64,000 bases of DNA from Acidimicrobiia bacterium (GCA_040878345.1 JBBDML010000028.1:914-64913), one strand, 5' to 3'. Shown: positions 50,305 through 59,662, numbered from the stretch's first letter. Notes: generated by a model from the letters alone, not told the origin. Made by a program: numbers and translations.

Positions 50305-51183
50305 GTGATGGACCTCGACCGCACCGCCCTTCGGACGAGGGTCAACCAGCAGTACCAACTCGAGCACGAGGCTCTCGGGGTCGAGGGCACCAATCACATG
50401 CTGGACGCGGCCCGACGATGGGATCTCAGCCGTACTCTGGCCGCCGGTGGCGTTGTCACTTTCGCCCATGTAGGCGTGGCGGATTGCGGGGTCCACGTGG
50501 CCGCCGCGGTCAACTCTTCCCTTGACACCGGCGCCGACACCGTGCTCGCCGTCAGCGTCCTCCACGCCTTCACCGAGGAGATGGAGCTGGCTCGTCGTGA
50601 AGTGGCCGCCGGGGGGTCGCCATCGAGACATCCGACCTGGGGGATCCAGGGCCCCGGGCTCGACTTCCGTGAGGAGTGGCGCGGAGACCACGCCATGCGC
50701 AGCCTCCGGCACTTCTGGGAGGCGGAGACCGAGCGGCGCGGGATCAGCGACCGGAGGCTGGTCGAGATATACCCGTTCCTGGCGGGAGGGCGCCCCGGCG
50801 ACCTTCCAAATGTCGACGATGTGACGCGGATCGCCGAGGATGCCGTCATCGTCGCCACGGGGGACCAATTCCACCACGGGATCGGGTACGGGACGCCCGT
50901 GGAGGAGGCCCTCCACCCCGAGCTCGACGGGCTCCTCGCCGCCCGTGCCAGCATGGAGACCGGGATCGCCCTGATAGACGCGGGCGACTACTGGGGCTAC
51001 AACCAGCACTGTGTGACCGCCAAGAGCGACGACCGTGACGTCGGACAGCTCTACCGGTTCCTCCGTGGTCCTCTCCGCGGGGAGCTCCTCGACATCGGAT
51101 GGACGGATACCACGGAGCTGTACGACCAGCCCGCTCCAACCTGGGCCGCCGGGGGGTTCATCGCGTTCGAGAAGGCGAGCTGA
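50305..51183 (+). CDS. hypothetical protein (weak Memo/LigB-superfamily-like His motifs)
   Basis: 292 aa. AHVGVADCGVHVAAAV loosely aligns with the Memo-family PHAGYxYSGxxAAxAY motif, and ATGDQFHHG with the SSDxxHxG motif. This family assignment is tentative. Confidence 0.6.
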   Translation: MMDLDRTALRTRVNQQYQLEHEALGVEGTNHMLDAARRWDLSRTLAAGGVVTFAHVGVADCGVHVAAAVNSSLDTGADTVLAVSVLHAFTEEMELARREVAAGGSPSRHPTWGIQGPGLDFREEWRGDHAMRSLRHFWEAETERRGISDRRLVEIYPFLAGGRPGDLPNVDDVTRIAEDAVIVATGDQFHHGIGYGTPVEEALHPELDGLLAARASMETGIALIDAGDYWGYNQHCVTAKSDDRDVGQLYRFLRGPLRGELLDIGWTDTTELYDQPAPTWAAGGFIAFEKAS

Positions 51184-51220
51184 GCCGGGCCCAACAGGCC
51201 TGTGCGGTGCCAGGGCCGGG

Positions 51221-51259
51221 TGGGAACCGGCTTCAGCGTCGTAGCTACCCTCCGGTTCC
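51221..51259 (+). other. 9-bp inverted repeat GGGAACCGG-(21 nt)-CCGGTTCCC immediately upstream of def
   Basis: Read directly from the sequence. The 3' arm ends 4 nt before the def ATG, and no Shine-Dalgarno box is visible. Confidence 0.4.
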
Positions 51260-51263
51260 CCCA

Positions 51264-51764
51264 ATGGCCACCCTTCCCATTCGAACCTTCGGCGATCCGG
51301 TCCTTCGCATGAAGACCAAGCCGATCATCGATGTCGACGAGACGGTCCGCATCCTGGTCAAGGACATGATGGAGACCATGTACGCCGCCCCGGGCGTTGG
51401 GCTCGCCGCCAACCAGATCGGGGTTACCCGCCGGATTGCGGTCTTCGATGCCCAAGACGAGCTCGGGCCGCGGGTGATGATCAACCCCGAGATCCTCGAG
51501 ACATCGGGAACCCTGGAGTACGACGAGGGTTGCCTGTCGGTCCCGGGTCGGTACTGGGAGATCACCCGCCCCGCTTTCGCCCGGGTGCGGGCTCTCGACC
51601 TGGACGGCAATCAGGTCGAGTACCAGGGAGAGGGCCTCCTGGGTCGGGTGCTCCAACACGAGATCGCCCACCTCGACGGCGGGTTGCTCTTCGACGAGCT
51701 CCCGAAGCGGGTCAGGAAGAAAGTCCTCCAGGAGCTGCGGGACGAGAACCTGGGCCTGACATGA
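51264..51764 (+). CDS. def: peptide deformylase
   Basis: IRTFGDPVLR, GLAANQIG, EGCLS and QHEIAHLDG motifs. I trimmed from the track ORF 51099. Confidence 0.95.
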   Translation: MATLPIRTFGDPVLRMKTKPIIDVDETVRILVKDMMETMYAAPGVGLAANQIGVTRRIAVFDAQDELGPRVMINPEILETSGTLEYDEGCLSVPGRYWEITRPAFARVRALDLDGNQVEYQGEGLLGRVLQHEIAHLDGGLLFDELPKRVRKKVLQELRDENLGLT

Positions 51765-52675
51765 CCCGGATCGTGTTCTTTGGCACCCCGGACCAAGCAT
51801 TGCCTGCCCTCGACGCATTGACCAGGGCCTTCGATGTGGCGCTGGTCGTGACCCAGCCCGATCGCCCTCGTGGGAGATCGGGCCGGCCGATGGCCCCCCC
51901 GGTCAAGACGTTCGCCTTGGGTCGAGGGCTCGCCGTGGCTCAGCCATCCACTTCACCCGAGATCGGGGAAGCAATGACCTCGGTTGGCCCCCTGGACCTC
52001 GGTGTGGTGGTGGCCTACGGAAGGATCCTCAGGCCGGCGGTTCTTGAGATGCCGCGTCATGGCATCCTCAACCTCCACTTCTCGCTCCTCCCACGCTGGC
52101 GCGGAGCGGCACCAGTCGCCAGGGCGCTGATGGCCGGCGACGAGATGACGGGTGTCACCATCATCCGGCTCGACGAGGGATTGGATACCGGCCCGGTCCT
52201 GACTGCTCAGGCGGTCGATGTCCTTTCCGACGAGAACGCGGGTGACCTGACCTCCCGCCTCGCCAGGATCGGAGCCGCCCTCCTGGTCTCGGTCATCCCT
52301 GAGTACCTCTCGGGGGAGGTGGTGCCGGTCGATCAGGTCGATGAGGGGGTGGCACACGCTGCCAAGCTCGAGCCAGAGGATCGCCGGCTCGGCCAGGACC
52401 ACGACCTGGCAGCCTTCTTGGGGCGGGTGCGTGGCCTGGCGCCGATGCCGGGGGCAACGCTGGAGATAGATGGGGAGGTCCACAAGATACTGGAGGCTCG
52501 ACTCTGGGGCTCGGCCCCGCCGGTAGGGGAATGGGGGGAGCATGAGGGACTCCCCGTGGTCGGGGTTGGCGGAGAGGGGGTGGCCCTGGTGATCCTCCAA
52601 CCTCCGGGGCGCCGCCCCCAGACCGGGGAGGAATGGCTCCGGGGGCGGCATCGGCCCGGAGGCCTGGTGCGGTGA
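51761..52675 (+). CDS. fmt: methionyl-tRNA formyltransferase
   Basis: The start overlaps the def stop as ATGA. The N-terminus is MTRIVFFGTP and the HFSLLPRWRGAAP motif is present. Confidence 0.94.
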   Translation: MTRIVFFGTPDQALPALDALTRAFDVALVVTQPDRPRGRSGRPMAPPVKTFALGRGLAVAQPSTSPEIGEAMTSVGPLDLGVVVAYGRILRPAVLEMPRHGILNLHFSLLPRWRGAAPVARALMAGDEMTGVTIIRLDEGLDTGPVLTAQAVDVLSDENAGDLTSRLARIGAALLVSVIPEYLSGEVVPVDQVDEGVAHAAKLEPEDRRLGQDHDLAAFLGRVRGLAPMPGATLEIDGEVHKILEARLWGSAPPVGEWGEHEGLPVVGVGGEGVALVILQPPGRRPQTGEEWLRGRHRPGGLVR

Positions 52676-52692
52676 GGCAATACAATCGGCGC

Positions 52693-53358
52693 ATGGCCGG
52701 CGGCATCAAGATCGCACCCTCCCTGCTGGCGGCGAATTTCGCCAGGCTGGAGTCTCAGATCGCCTCCGTGGAGGGTCACGTCGATTGGCTCCATCTCGAT
52801 GTCATGGATGGCCACTTCGTCCCCAACATCTCATTCGGGATCCCGGTCATCGAGAGCATCAGACCCCTGACCAACCTCTACTTCGACTGTCATGTGATGA
52901 CCACCAATCCGGCCGACTTCGTAACCGAGTTCGCCAAGTCCGGTGTCGATCTGTTGACGATGCACATCGAAGCGATACCCGACCCGACCGAAGCCGCCGC
53001 CCTCGTCCGGGCAGCCGGCCTCGACTTCGGGCTGGTGCTCAACCCCAGGACCCCATTCGAGGGTGTCGGTCCCTTTGCCGAGCTTTGCGACGTGATCGTG
53101 ATCATGACGGTCGAGCCAGGATTCGGGGGCCAGGAGCTGATGCTCGAGGTGCTCCCGAAGGTGGAGCAAGCCAGAAAGTGGGTTGAGGACAGGGGATTGC
53201 CGGCCGATATTCAGGTCGACGGAGGTGTCACCCCCGCCAACGCGCGCCTGGTCGTTGACGCAGGAGCCTCGGTTGTGGTGGCCGGGTCGGCGGTGTTTGG
53301 AGCCGATAACCCTCCAGATGCAATAGCCGAACTGAGAAGGGCAATGGAGATCGAATGA
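52693..53358 (+). CDS. rpe: ribulose-phosphate 3-epimerase
   Basis: IAPSLLAANFARLE, HLDVMDGHFVPN and MTVEPGFGGQ motifs. Confidence 0.95.
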   Translation: MAGGIKIAPSLLAANFARLESQIASVEGHVDWLHLDVMDGHFVPNISFGIPVIESIRPLTNLYFDCHVMTTNPADFVTEFAKSGVDLLTMHIEAIPDPTEAAALVRAAGLDFGLVLNPRTPFEGVGPFAELCDVIVIMTVEPGFGGQELMLEVLPKVEQARKWVEDRGLPADIQVDGGVTPANARLVVDAGASVVVAGSAVFGADNPPDAIAELRRAMEIE

Positions 53359-54284
53359 GTGAGCGCGTTCTCGTGGCTGACGATGATCCGGACATCCTCA
53401 CCGTGGTCAAGATCAACTTCGAGCTCGACGGATTCGAGGTAGACACCGCGGTCGACGGGGAGGATGCCTTGCAGAAGGCGACCACCAACCCACCGAACGC
53501 CATCGTCCTCGACATCATGATGCCGCGGATGGACGGCTTGACCGCCCTCCACCGGCTCCGCAGCCAGGCCTCAACCGCCAACATCCCGATCATCCTCCTC
53601 ACCGCCCGGGGGCTCCCGGAGGACCGGGTTCGCGGTCTCGAGCTCGGTGCCGACGACTACATAACCAAGCCGTTCGACATCACCGAGCTGGCCGCCCGGG
53701 TCCGAGCGGTGCTTCGGCGTACCCAGGCTGCGCGCGATCTCTCACCCCTCACCGGTCTACCCGGCAACTTCAAGATCACCGGCGAGATAGAGGCTGCGAT
53801 CCGGGATGGCAGGGATTTCGCCCTGGTCCATGGCGACCTCGACAACTTCAAGGCGTTCAACGACCACTACGGCTTCATGCGGGGCGACGAGGTGATTCGA
53901 TTCTGTGCCCGCTGCTTCATCGAGGCCGCCGAGGCTCTCGACATAGGCGGGGCATTCATCGGTCACATCGGTGGTGACGACTTCGTGGTCATCACCCCGC
54001 CCGAGATGTCGGAGTCGTTCTGCAAGGAAGTGATCGAGCGGTTCGACGACGGGATCCTCGATCTCTATGACACCGCTGATGCACTTCGTGGCTATATCGA
54101 GGTCATCGATCGGCGCGGCGAGCGGTATGCGTTCCCCGTCGTCTCTCTGTCTCTGGGTGTAGCGTCGACCGACGTGCGTGAAATCGGCACACAGTGGGAG
54201 GCGTCGGCGATCGCGGTGGAGATGAAAGAGTTCGCAAAGAAGCAACCGGGCTCCACCTTTCGAATCGATCGCCGCACCGCATAG
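53355..54284 (+). CDS. response regulator (REC) fused to a GGDEF-family domain with a GGDDF signature
   Basis: The REC domain has ADDDPD, LDIMMPRMDG, LLTA and ITKPF motifs. The GGDEF-like domain has LTGLPGN, DLDNFKAFNDHYGFMRGDEVI, IGGDDFVV and SLSLGVA. Confidence 0.88.
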   Translation: MSERVLVADDDPDILTVVKINFELDGFEVDTAVDGEDALQKATTNPPNAIVLDIMMPRMDGLTALHRLRSQASTANIPIILLTARGLPEDRVRGLELGADDYITKPFDITELAARVRAVLRRTQAARDLSPLTGLPGNFKITGEIEAAIRDGRDFALVHGDLDNFKAFNDHYGFMRGDEVIRFCARCFIEAAEALDIGGAFIGHIGGDDFVVITPPEMSESFCKEVIERFDDGILDLYDTADALRGYIEVIDRRGERYAFPVVSLSLGVASTDVREIGTQWEASAIAVEMKEFAKKQPGSTFRIDRRTA

Positions 54285-55334
54285 GTGACCGACGACCGTC
54301 ACATGGCTCGCGCCCTCGAGCTGGCGCGTCCGTATCGAACCCACCCCAATCCCCGGGTCGGTGCGGTTGTCCTGGACAAGGACGGCAACGTGGTGGGGGA
54401 GGGCGCCCATCTCGGTCCGGGCCAGCCGCATGCGGAGGTGTCCGCCCTCGAGCGGGCGGGGGATGCGGCCAGGGATGGCACGGTGTATGTCACCCTCGAG
54501 CCATGCAACCACCAGGGTCGCACCCCCCCCTGCGTCGACGCCCTGCTCGCCGCCGGTGTTGCGGTGGTGGTGGTTGCGGCCACCGACCCCGATGACCAGG
54601 TCTCAGGCGGCGGCATCGCCCGCCTCCGGTCGGCCGGGGTGGTGGTGATCGAGGGGGTGATGGCCAAAGAGGGGCGTCAACTCGATCCGGCCTATTTCCG
54701 CCACCGGGAGACCGGGATGCCGCTGGTCACCATGAAGTACGCCATGACCCTGGATGGATCGGTGGCAGCCGCCGACGCCACATCGCAGTGGATCACGTCC
54801 CCATCGGCGAGAGAGGACGCCCATCACCTGCGATCGGAGATGGATGCGGTGATCGTGGGGGCTGGCACCTTGAGACTCGACGACCCCGAGCTGGATGTCC
54901 GACTCGAAGGATTCCAGGGCGCTCCGCCGAGGCCGGTGGTGATAGCCGGAACCGGGCAGCTACCAGCGGCCGCCAGGATCTGGGCACGTGACCCGATCGT
55001 GGTCGCCACCGATGACCTTGACCTCCCCTCGGGCACCCTGATCAAGGTCCTCGGCGGCGGGGGGACCCCGGACCCCAAGGCCGTGTGCGTCGCCCTGGCC
55101 GACCTGGGTCTGCTCGCCCTCCTCCTCGAAGGCGGGCCCACCGTGGCCGGTGCCTGGTGGCGCTCGGGAGTGATCACTCGCGGTGTCGCCTACCTGGGGG
55201 GCCGGGTCGGCGGAGGCGCGGGAAGAAGCCCGTTGGCTGGCGTGTTTGGGACCATTGCCGACGCCGAGGTTGTCTCCATCACAGCCGTGCGTAGCCTTGA
55301 TGGTGACATCCGCGTCGATTTCGAACGGGGTTAG
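54285..55334 (+). CDS. ribD: bifunctional diaminohydroxyphosphoribosylaminopyrimidine deaminase / 5-amino-6-(5-phosphoribosylamino)uracil reductase
   Basis: HAEVSAL and PCNHQGRTPPC deaminase zinc motifs, plus the reductase domain. Confidence 0.94.
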   Translation: MTDDRHMARALELARPYRTHPNPRVGAVVLDKDGNVVGEGAHLGPGQPHAEVSALERAGDAARDGTVYVTLEPCNHQGRTPPCVDALLAAGVAVVVVAATDPDDQVSGGGIARLRSAGVVVIEGVMAKEGRQLDPAYFRHRETGMPLVTMKYAMTLDGSVAAADATSQWITSPSAREDAHHLRSEMDAVIVGAGTLRLDDPELDVRLEGFQGAPPRPVVIAGTGQLPAAARIWARDPIVVATDDLDLPSGTLIKVLGGGGTPDPKAVCVALADLGLLALLLEGGPTVAGAWWRSGVITRGVAYLGGRVGGGAGRSPLAGVFGTIADAEVVSITAVRSLDGDIRVDFERG

Positions 55335-55336
55335 GG

Positions 55337-55921
55337 ATGTTCACAGGGATAATCGATCAAAGAGGGAAGGTGTCCGGGCTCACCCAGGGGGGCTCGAGCC
55401 TCGTCGTCGCCGCCCCTGGACTCTCAACTGTGCCCATCGGAGACTCGGTTTCGGTGAATGGCGTCTGCCTCACGGTGGTCGGTTCGATTCATGACGGGGC
55501 TCGGTTCGACGTGATCCCCGAGACACTGAGCCGGACCAATCTCGGTGGCCTAGAGGTGGGGGACGAGGTGAATCTCGAGCTCGCCATGCCGGCCGACGGC
55601 AGGTTCGGCGGCCATATCGTCCAAGGGCATGTAGACGGCACGGGGAGGATCCTCGACCTGGTTCAAGATGGAGCCGGCGTGGTGCTCGTGTTGGAGCCAC
55701 CGCTCCACTTGATGGAGCAGATCGTCGAGAAGGGTTCGATCACGATCGACGGGGTCAGCCTCACCGTTTCGGCGGCGACCGAGTCGACGTTCGAGGTCTC
55801 CCTCATCCCGCACACCCTCGAGGTCACCACCCTCGGCTCGCTGAGCCCGGGTGACACGGTGAACCTCGAGACCGACGTCCTGGCCAAGTACGTGCAGCGG
55901 ATCCTCAAGGCGGTCCGATGA
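55337..55921 (+). CDS. ribE: riboflavin synthase
   Basis: The N-terminus is MFTGII. An internal duplication is present ([11 protein letters not shown] / [11 protein letters not shown]). Confidence 0.94.
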   Translation: MFTGIIDQRGKVSGLTQGGSSLVVAAPGLSTVPIGDSVSVNGVCLTVVGSIHDGARFDVIPETLSRTNLGGLEVGDEVNLELAMPADGRFGGHIVQGHVDGTGRILDLVQDGAGVVLVLEPPLHLMEQIVEKGSITIDGVSLTVSAATESTFEVSLIPHTLEVTTLGSLSPGDTVNLETDVLAKYVQRILKAVR

Positions 55922-57135
55922 GCTTCGCTCCCATCCGGGACATCATCGCCGCGGTCGGCAAGGGCGAGATGGTGATCATGGTCGACGACGAGGACCGTGA
56001 GAACGAGGGCGACGTCATCCTGGCGGCCCAGGCGGCCACCCCCGAGAAACTCGGGTTCATGCTCCGCCACACCAGCGGCATCATCTGCCTCTCCATCGTC
56101 GGTGAGCGCCTCGACGAGTTGGAGCTCCCGATGATGGTGGACAGGAACACCGACGTGAGGCGGACCGCCTTCACCGTGTCCATCGACGCCGCCCAAGGGA
56201 CCACCACCGGGATCAGCGCCTCCGATCGGTGCCGGACCATCGAAGCCGTCCTCGACCCGGCGAGCCGCCCCGAGGACCTGGCCCGACCGGGTCACATGTA
56301 CCCACTTCGCTACGAGCCCGGCGGTGTCCTCCGAAGAACGGGCCATACCGAGGCCGCCGTGGACCTCGCCACCCTGGCCGGCATGTACCCGGCGGGTGTC
56401 CTCGCCGAAGTGATGAACGACGACGGGACGGTCGCCCGCCTTCCCGAGCTGGAGAGGTTCGCGAAGGAGCACGAAATGCTCATCGGCACCATCGCCGATC
56501 TCATCGCCTACCGACGCCGCCAGGAGAAACTGGTCGAGAGGGTGGTCGAGGCCAGGGTGCCGACCAGACACGGCACCTTCCGCGCCGTCGGGTTCCGGTC
56601 CCTGGTCGATGATCGGCAGCATGTGGCCCTGATCGCCGGGGAAATCGGCGATGGGGAGGCGGTCCTGACACGAGTTCACTCGGAGTGCCTCACCGGCGAT
56701 GTGTTCGGAAGCCTGCGCTGCGACTGCGGCGAGCAGCTCGACGCGGCTCTGGCCAGGGTTGCCGAGGAGGGCAGAGGCGTCGTCCTCTATATCCGCGGCC
56801 ACGAAGGCCGTGGCATCGGCCTGTTGCACAAGCTGGCCGCCTATCGATTGCAGGACGATCAGGGCGTGGACACCGTTGACGCCAATGTCAACCTGGGTCT
56901 CCCCATCGACGCGCGGGAGTACGGAGTCGGGGCCCAGATCCTCTATGACCTCGGGGTCCGCTCAATGAGGCTCATGACCAACAACCCCACCAAGCGCGCC
57001 GGCATCGAGGGCTACGGTCTCTCCATCCTCGAGCAGATCCCGATACGGGTCGAGGCCAACACCGAGAACCGGGACTATCTACGGGCCAAGGCGAATCGCA
57101 TGGGCCATTCCATCGACATCGACGAGGAAGAGTGA
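55918..57135 (+). CDS. ribBA: bifunctional 3,4-dihydroxy-2-butanone-4-phosphate synthase / GTP cyclohydrolase II
   Basis: [10 protein letters not shown] and [21 protein letters not shown] motifs. Confidence 0.96.
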   Translation: MSFAPIRDIIAAVGKGEMVIMVDDEDRENEGDVILAAQAATPEKLGFMLRHTSGIICLSIVGERLDELELPMMVDRNTDVRRTAFTVSIDAAQGTTTGISASDRCRTIEAVLDPASRPEDLARPGHMYPLRYEPGGVLRRTGHTEAAVDLATLAGMYPAGVLAEVMNDDGTVARLPELERFAKEHEMLIGTIADLIAYRRRQEKLVERVVEARVPTRHGTFRAVGFRSLVDDRQHVALIAGEIGDGEAVLTRVHSECLTGDVFGSLRCDCGEQLDAALARVAEEGRGVVLYIRGHEGRGIGLLHKLAAYRLQDDQGVDTVDANVNLGLPIDAREYGVGAQILYDLGVRSMRLMTNNPTKRAGIEGYGLSILEQIPIRVEANTENRDYLRAKANRMGHSIDIDEEE

Positions 57136-57593
57136 CCCGAGTCATCGAAGGGTCTCTCGGAGGGGAGGGTCTCCACATCGGGATTGCGGTGGCCTCCTGG
57201 AATCAGGCCATCACCGACAGATTGCTCGAAGGTGCCCTCGCCAGGTGTCACGAGCTCCAGGTGACACAGGTCACGGTCGCCCGGGTCCCCGGAGCGCTGG
57301 AGTTGCCGGTGATCGTCAAGGCCTTGGTCGACGCAGGGTGTGCCGCGGTGGTCGCCATCGGGGCGGTGATCAAGGGCGAGACGGATCACTACGAGATCGT
57401 GGTGCGGGAGTCGAGTGCCGGGTTGGGCCGCGTCGCCATCGACAGCGGAGTCCCGGTGGCCAACGCCATCCTCGCCGTGCACGACGTGACGCAGGCGATG
57501 GACCGTTCGGGCCAAGGGTTAGCGAACAAAGGGCGGGAGGCGGTCGAGGCCGCGGTCGCAACTGCCAACACCATCGCCGAGTTGGGCCGGTGA
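57132..57593 (+). CDS. ribH: 6,7-dimethyl-8-ribityllumazine synthase
   Basis: 153 aa with VPGALELP and KGETDHYE motifs. Confidence 0.95.
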   Translation: MTRVIEGSLGGEGLHIGIAVASWNQAITDRLLEGALARCHELQVTQVTVARVPGALELPVIVKALVDAGCAAVVAIGAVIKGETDHYEIVVRESSAGLGRVAIDSGVPVANAILAVHDVTQAMDRSGQGLANKGREAVEAAVATANTIAELGR

Positions 57594-57732
57594 TGGGCTG
57601 TTGGAGCTTGGCCGGAGCCCCCTGGTATCCTTTGAGGGACAATTGAGAGCAAGAGCGGAAGCCGCTGCTTCCCCACCCGGCCGCCATCAGGCGAGCCGCG
57701 GTCAGATGAGAGACCGGGAATCCCGGTCACCT

Positions 57733-57760
57733 AGAGCAGCAGGGTTCCTCCTGCTGCTCT
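57733..57760 (+). terminator. perfect 11-bp stem hairpin AGAGCAGCAGG-GTTCCT-CCTGCTGCTCT between ribH and infC (candidate rib-operon terminator or infC leader element)
   Basis: Read directly from the sequence. It lies 140 nt after the ribH stop and is followed by CUCGUUGCU, only a weak U-tract. Two further hairpins lie upstream at 57657-57672 and 57712-57728. Confidence 0.45.
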
Positions 57761-57788
57761 CTCGTTGCTAGCCAATGGAGGTAACAGC

Positions 57789-58340
57789 ATCAGCGAATTG
57801 CGAGTGAACGGCGCCATAAGGGCCAAGGAGGTCCTGGTGGTCGCACCCGATGGACAGCAGATCGGCGTCAAGAAGATCAACGAGGCGCTTTGGCTAGCCG
57901 AGCAACTGGACCTGGATCTGGTCGAGGTGGCTCCCAACGCCAAGCCTCCCGTCTGCCGGTTGATGGACTATGGACGATATAAGTACGAACAGTCCGTCAA
58001 GCAGCGTGAAGCTCGCAAGAAACAAACCCGCACCAGCATCAAGGAGCTCCGCATGAAAGTGCGGATCGGCGACCACGACTTCGATATCACGAGGCGCAAG
58101 GCGCAGGCCTTCCTGGAGGACAACGACAAGGTCAAGGTCAGCATCAGGTTCCGGGGCCGCGAGAACGAGAGACCCTCGTTCGGCAAAGACCTGATGGATC
58201 GGCTGGCTTCCGAGCTCACCGAGTTCGGCGCGGTAGAGCAGGCTCCCAAGCTGGAGGGAAACTCGATGACCATGGTCATTGCCCCGGTGAGAAGGGCGAG
58301 GACCGCCACGGTCGACAACGACGAGCAGAGCGAGGAATAG
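57789..58340 (+). CDS. infC: translation initiation factor IF-3 (probable non-canonical ATC start)
   Basis: IRAKEVLVVAPDGQQIGV...VAPNAKPPVCRLMDYGRYKYE is typical IF-3. GGAGG at 57777-57781 lies 7 nt before the in-frame ATC at 57789. The track start TTG 57765 has no Shine-Dalgarno box. Confidence 0.9.
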   Translation: MSELRVNGAIRAKEVLVVAPDGQQIGVKKINEALWLAEQLDLDLVEVAPNAKPPVCRLMDYGRYKYEQSVKQREARKKQTRTSIKELRMKVRIGDHDFDITRRKAQAFLEDNDKVKVSIRFRGRENERPSFGKDLMDRLASELTEFGAVEQAPKLEGNSMTMVIAPVRRARTATVDNDEQSEE

Positions 58341-58349
58341 GAGGACGCC

Positions 58350-58544
58350 GTGCCCAAGATGAAGACCCACAGCGGCGCCAAGAAGAGATTCAAAGTGACC
58401 GGCACCGGCAAGTACATGCGCCGACAGTCCGGTCGTTCCCATCTGCGCCTGGCCAAGGGCAAGCAGGTGTTCCGTCGTCGCGCCGGCGAGGTCGAGATGG
58501 CGCCCGGTGACGCCAAGGTCATCAAGAAGCAGCTCGGACGCTGA
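58350..58544 (+). CDS. rpmI: 50S ribosomal protein L35
   Basis: [21 protein letters not shown]. Confidence 0.96.
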   Translation: MPKMKTHSGAKKRFKVTGTGKYMRRQSGRSHLRLAKGKQVFRRRAGEVEMAPGDAKVIKKQLGR

Positions 58545-58562
58545 GAGCCCAGGAGGTTTGAG

Positions 58563-58913
58563 ATGGCACGTGTGAAGAGGGCGGTCCACGCCAAGAAGTC
58601 ACACAAGAAGGTGCTCGACAGGGCCAAGGGCTACAAGGGATCACGGAGCCGGCGGTTCCGCACCGCCAACGAGCAGGTGATGCATGCGATGCAAGATGCC
58701 TATCGGGACCGTCGAGCCCGTAAGGGTGAGTTCCGCAAGCTCTGGATCACACGGATCAATGCCGCCGCCCGTCAGAATGGCACTACCTACAACCAGCTCA
58801 TCGCCGGTTTGAGGGCTGCCGAGATCGATGTCGACCGCAAGATGCTGGCCGACATGGCGATCAGCGATCCTGCGGCGTTCGCCCACCTGGTCGAAGTCTC
58901 CAAGAAGGGTTGA
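58563..58913 (+). CDS. rplT: 50S ribosomal protein L20
   Basis: [18 protein letters not shown]...[21 protein letters not shown]. Confidence 0.97.
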   Translation: MARVKRAVHAKKSHKKVLDRAKGYKGSRSRRFRTANEQVMHAMQDAYRDRRARKGEFRKLWITRINAAARQNGTTYNQLIAGLRAAEIDVDRKMLADMAISDPAAFAHLVEVSKKG

Positions 58914-59662
58914 ACCGGGACCGGCGTCTGGACCAGCCCCTCGGCGCTCGCAACGCTGGTGTCGTCGAGGCAGCCCGGTTGCATCGTGCCCGAGACCGGC
59001 GTGAGCGGGGCCAGGCCCTGATCGAGGGGCCCAACCTGCTGAGCGAAGCACTGTCGGCCGGTGTCCCGGTACGGGTGGTTTTCGCCGCCGTGGGCGACCG
59101 TGCCACCTTCGATCTCGGGGTCGCTCATGGCCTCGACGTCCGGCCCGTTGGGACCGCGGCCATGGCGAGACTCGCCGACACCGGTACCCCGCGCGGGCCG
59201 GTGGCGATCATCGACATCCCGGAGGTCCCTCTTCCGGCAGCCGGACATCTACTTGTCGCCCACGGAGTCTCCGACCCAGGGAATCTCGGTGCGCTGGTGA
59301 GGACGGCGGCGGCATTCGGTTGGCACATGGGCTACACCGCCGGCACCGCAGACCCGTGGTCGCCAAAGGCCCTCAGAGCCGGTGCCGGAGGGCATTTCCG
59401 AGTGGCTGTGACCCGACTCGGTGAAGACGCCTGGCACGGGGAGCGAACGACGGTTGCCACGGTGGTCAGTGGGGGAGTGGCGCCTTCGGAATTGCCGGCC
59501 GGACCGTATGCCGTTCTGATCGGCGACGAGTCCTCGGGCCTGCCCGAGCAGGTGGTGCAGGAATGCGACGTCAGGCTCACCATCCCGATGCCGGGTGGGG
59601 CCGAAAGCCTCAACGCGGCCGTGACGGCCGGGATCGTGGTCTACGCCCTCTCCCAAGGCTGA
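58910..59662 (+). CDS. TrmH/SpoU-family RNA 2'-O-methyltransferase
   Basis: [27 protein letters not shown] and [14 protein letters not shown] motifs. Mycobacteria carry tsnR in the same position after rplT. Confidence 0.88.
   Translation: MNRDRRLDQPLGARNAGVVEAARLHRARDRRERGQALIEGPNLLSEALSAGVPVRVVFAAVGDRATFDLGVAHGLDVRPVGTAAMARLADTGTPRGPVAIIDIPEVPLPAAGHLLVAHGVSDPGNLGALVRTAAAFGWHMGYTAGTADPWSPKALRAGAGGHFRVAVTRLGEDAWHGERTTVATVVSGGVAPSELPAGPYAVLIGDESSGLPEQVVQECDVRLTIPMPGGAESLNAAVTAGIVVYALSQG

Noticed and set aside
57593-57646. 17-codon ORF ([17 protein letters not shown]) overlapping the ribH stop as TGATG, a possible leader peptide for infC.
   Set aside because: There is no Shine-Dalgarno box and no regulatory-codon logic. 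It is simply the tail of an off-frame ORF running through ribH, so I have no support for translation.
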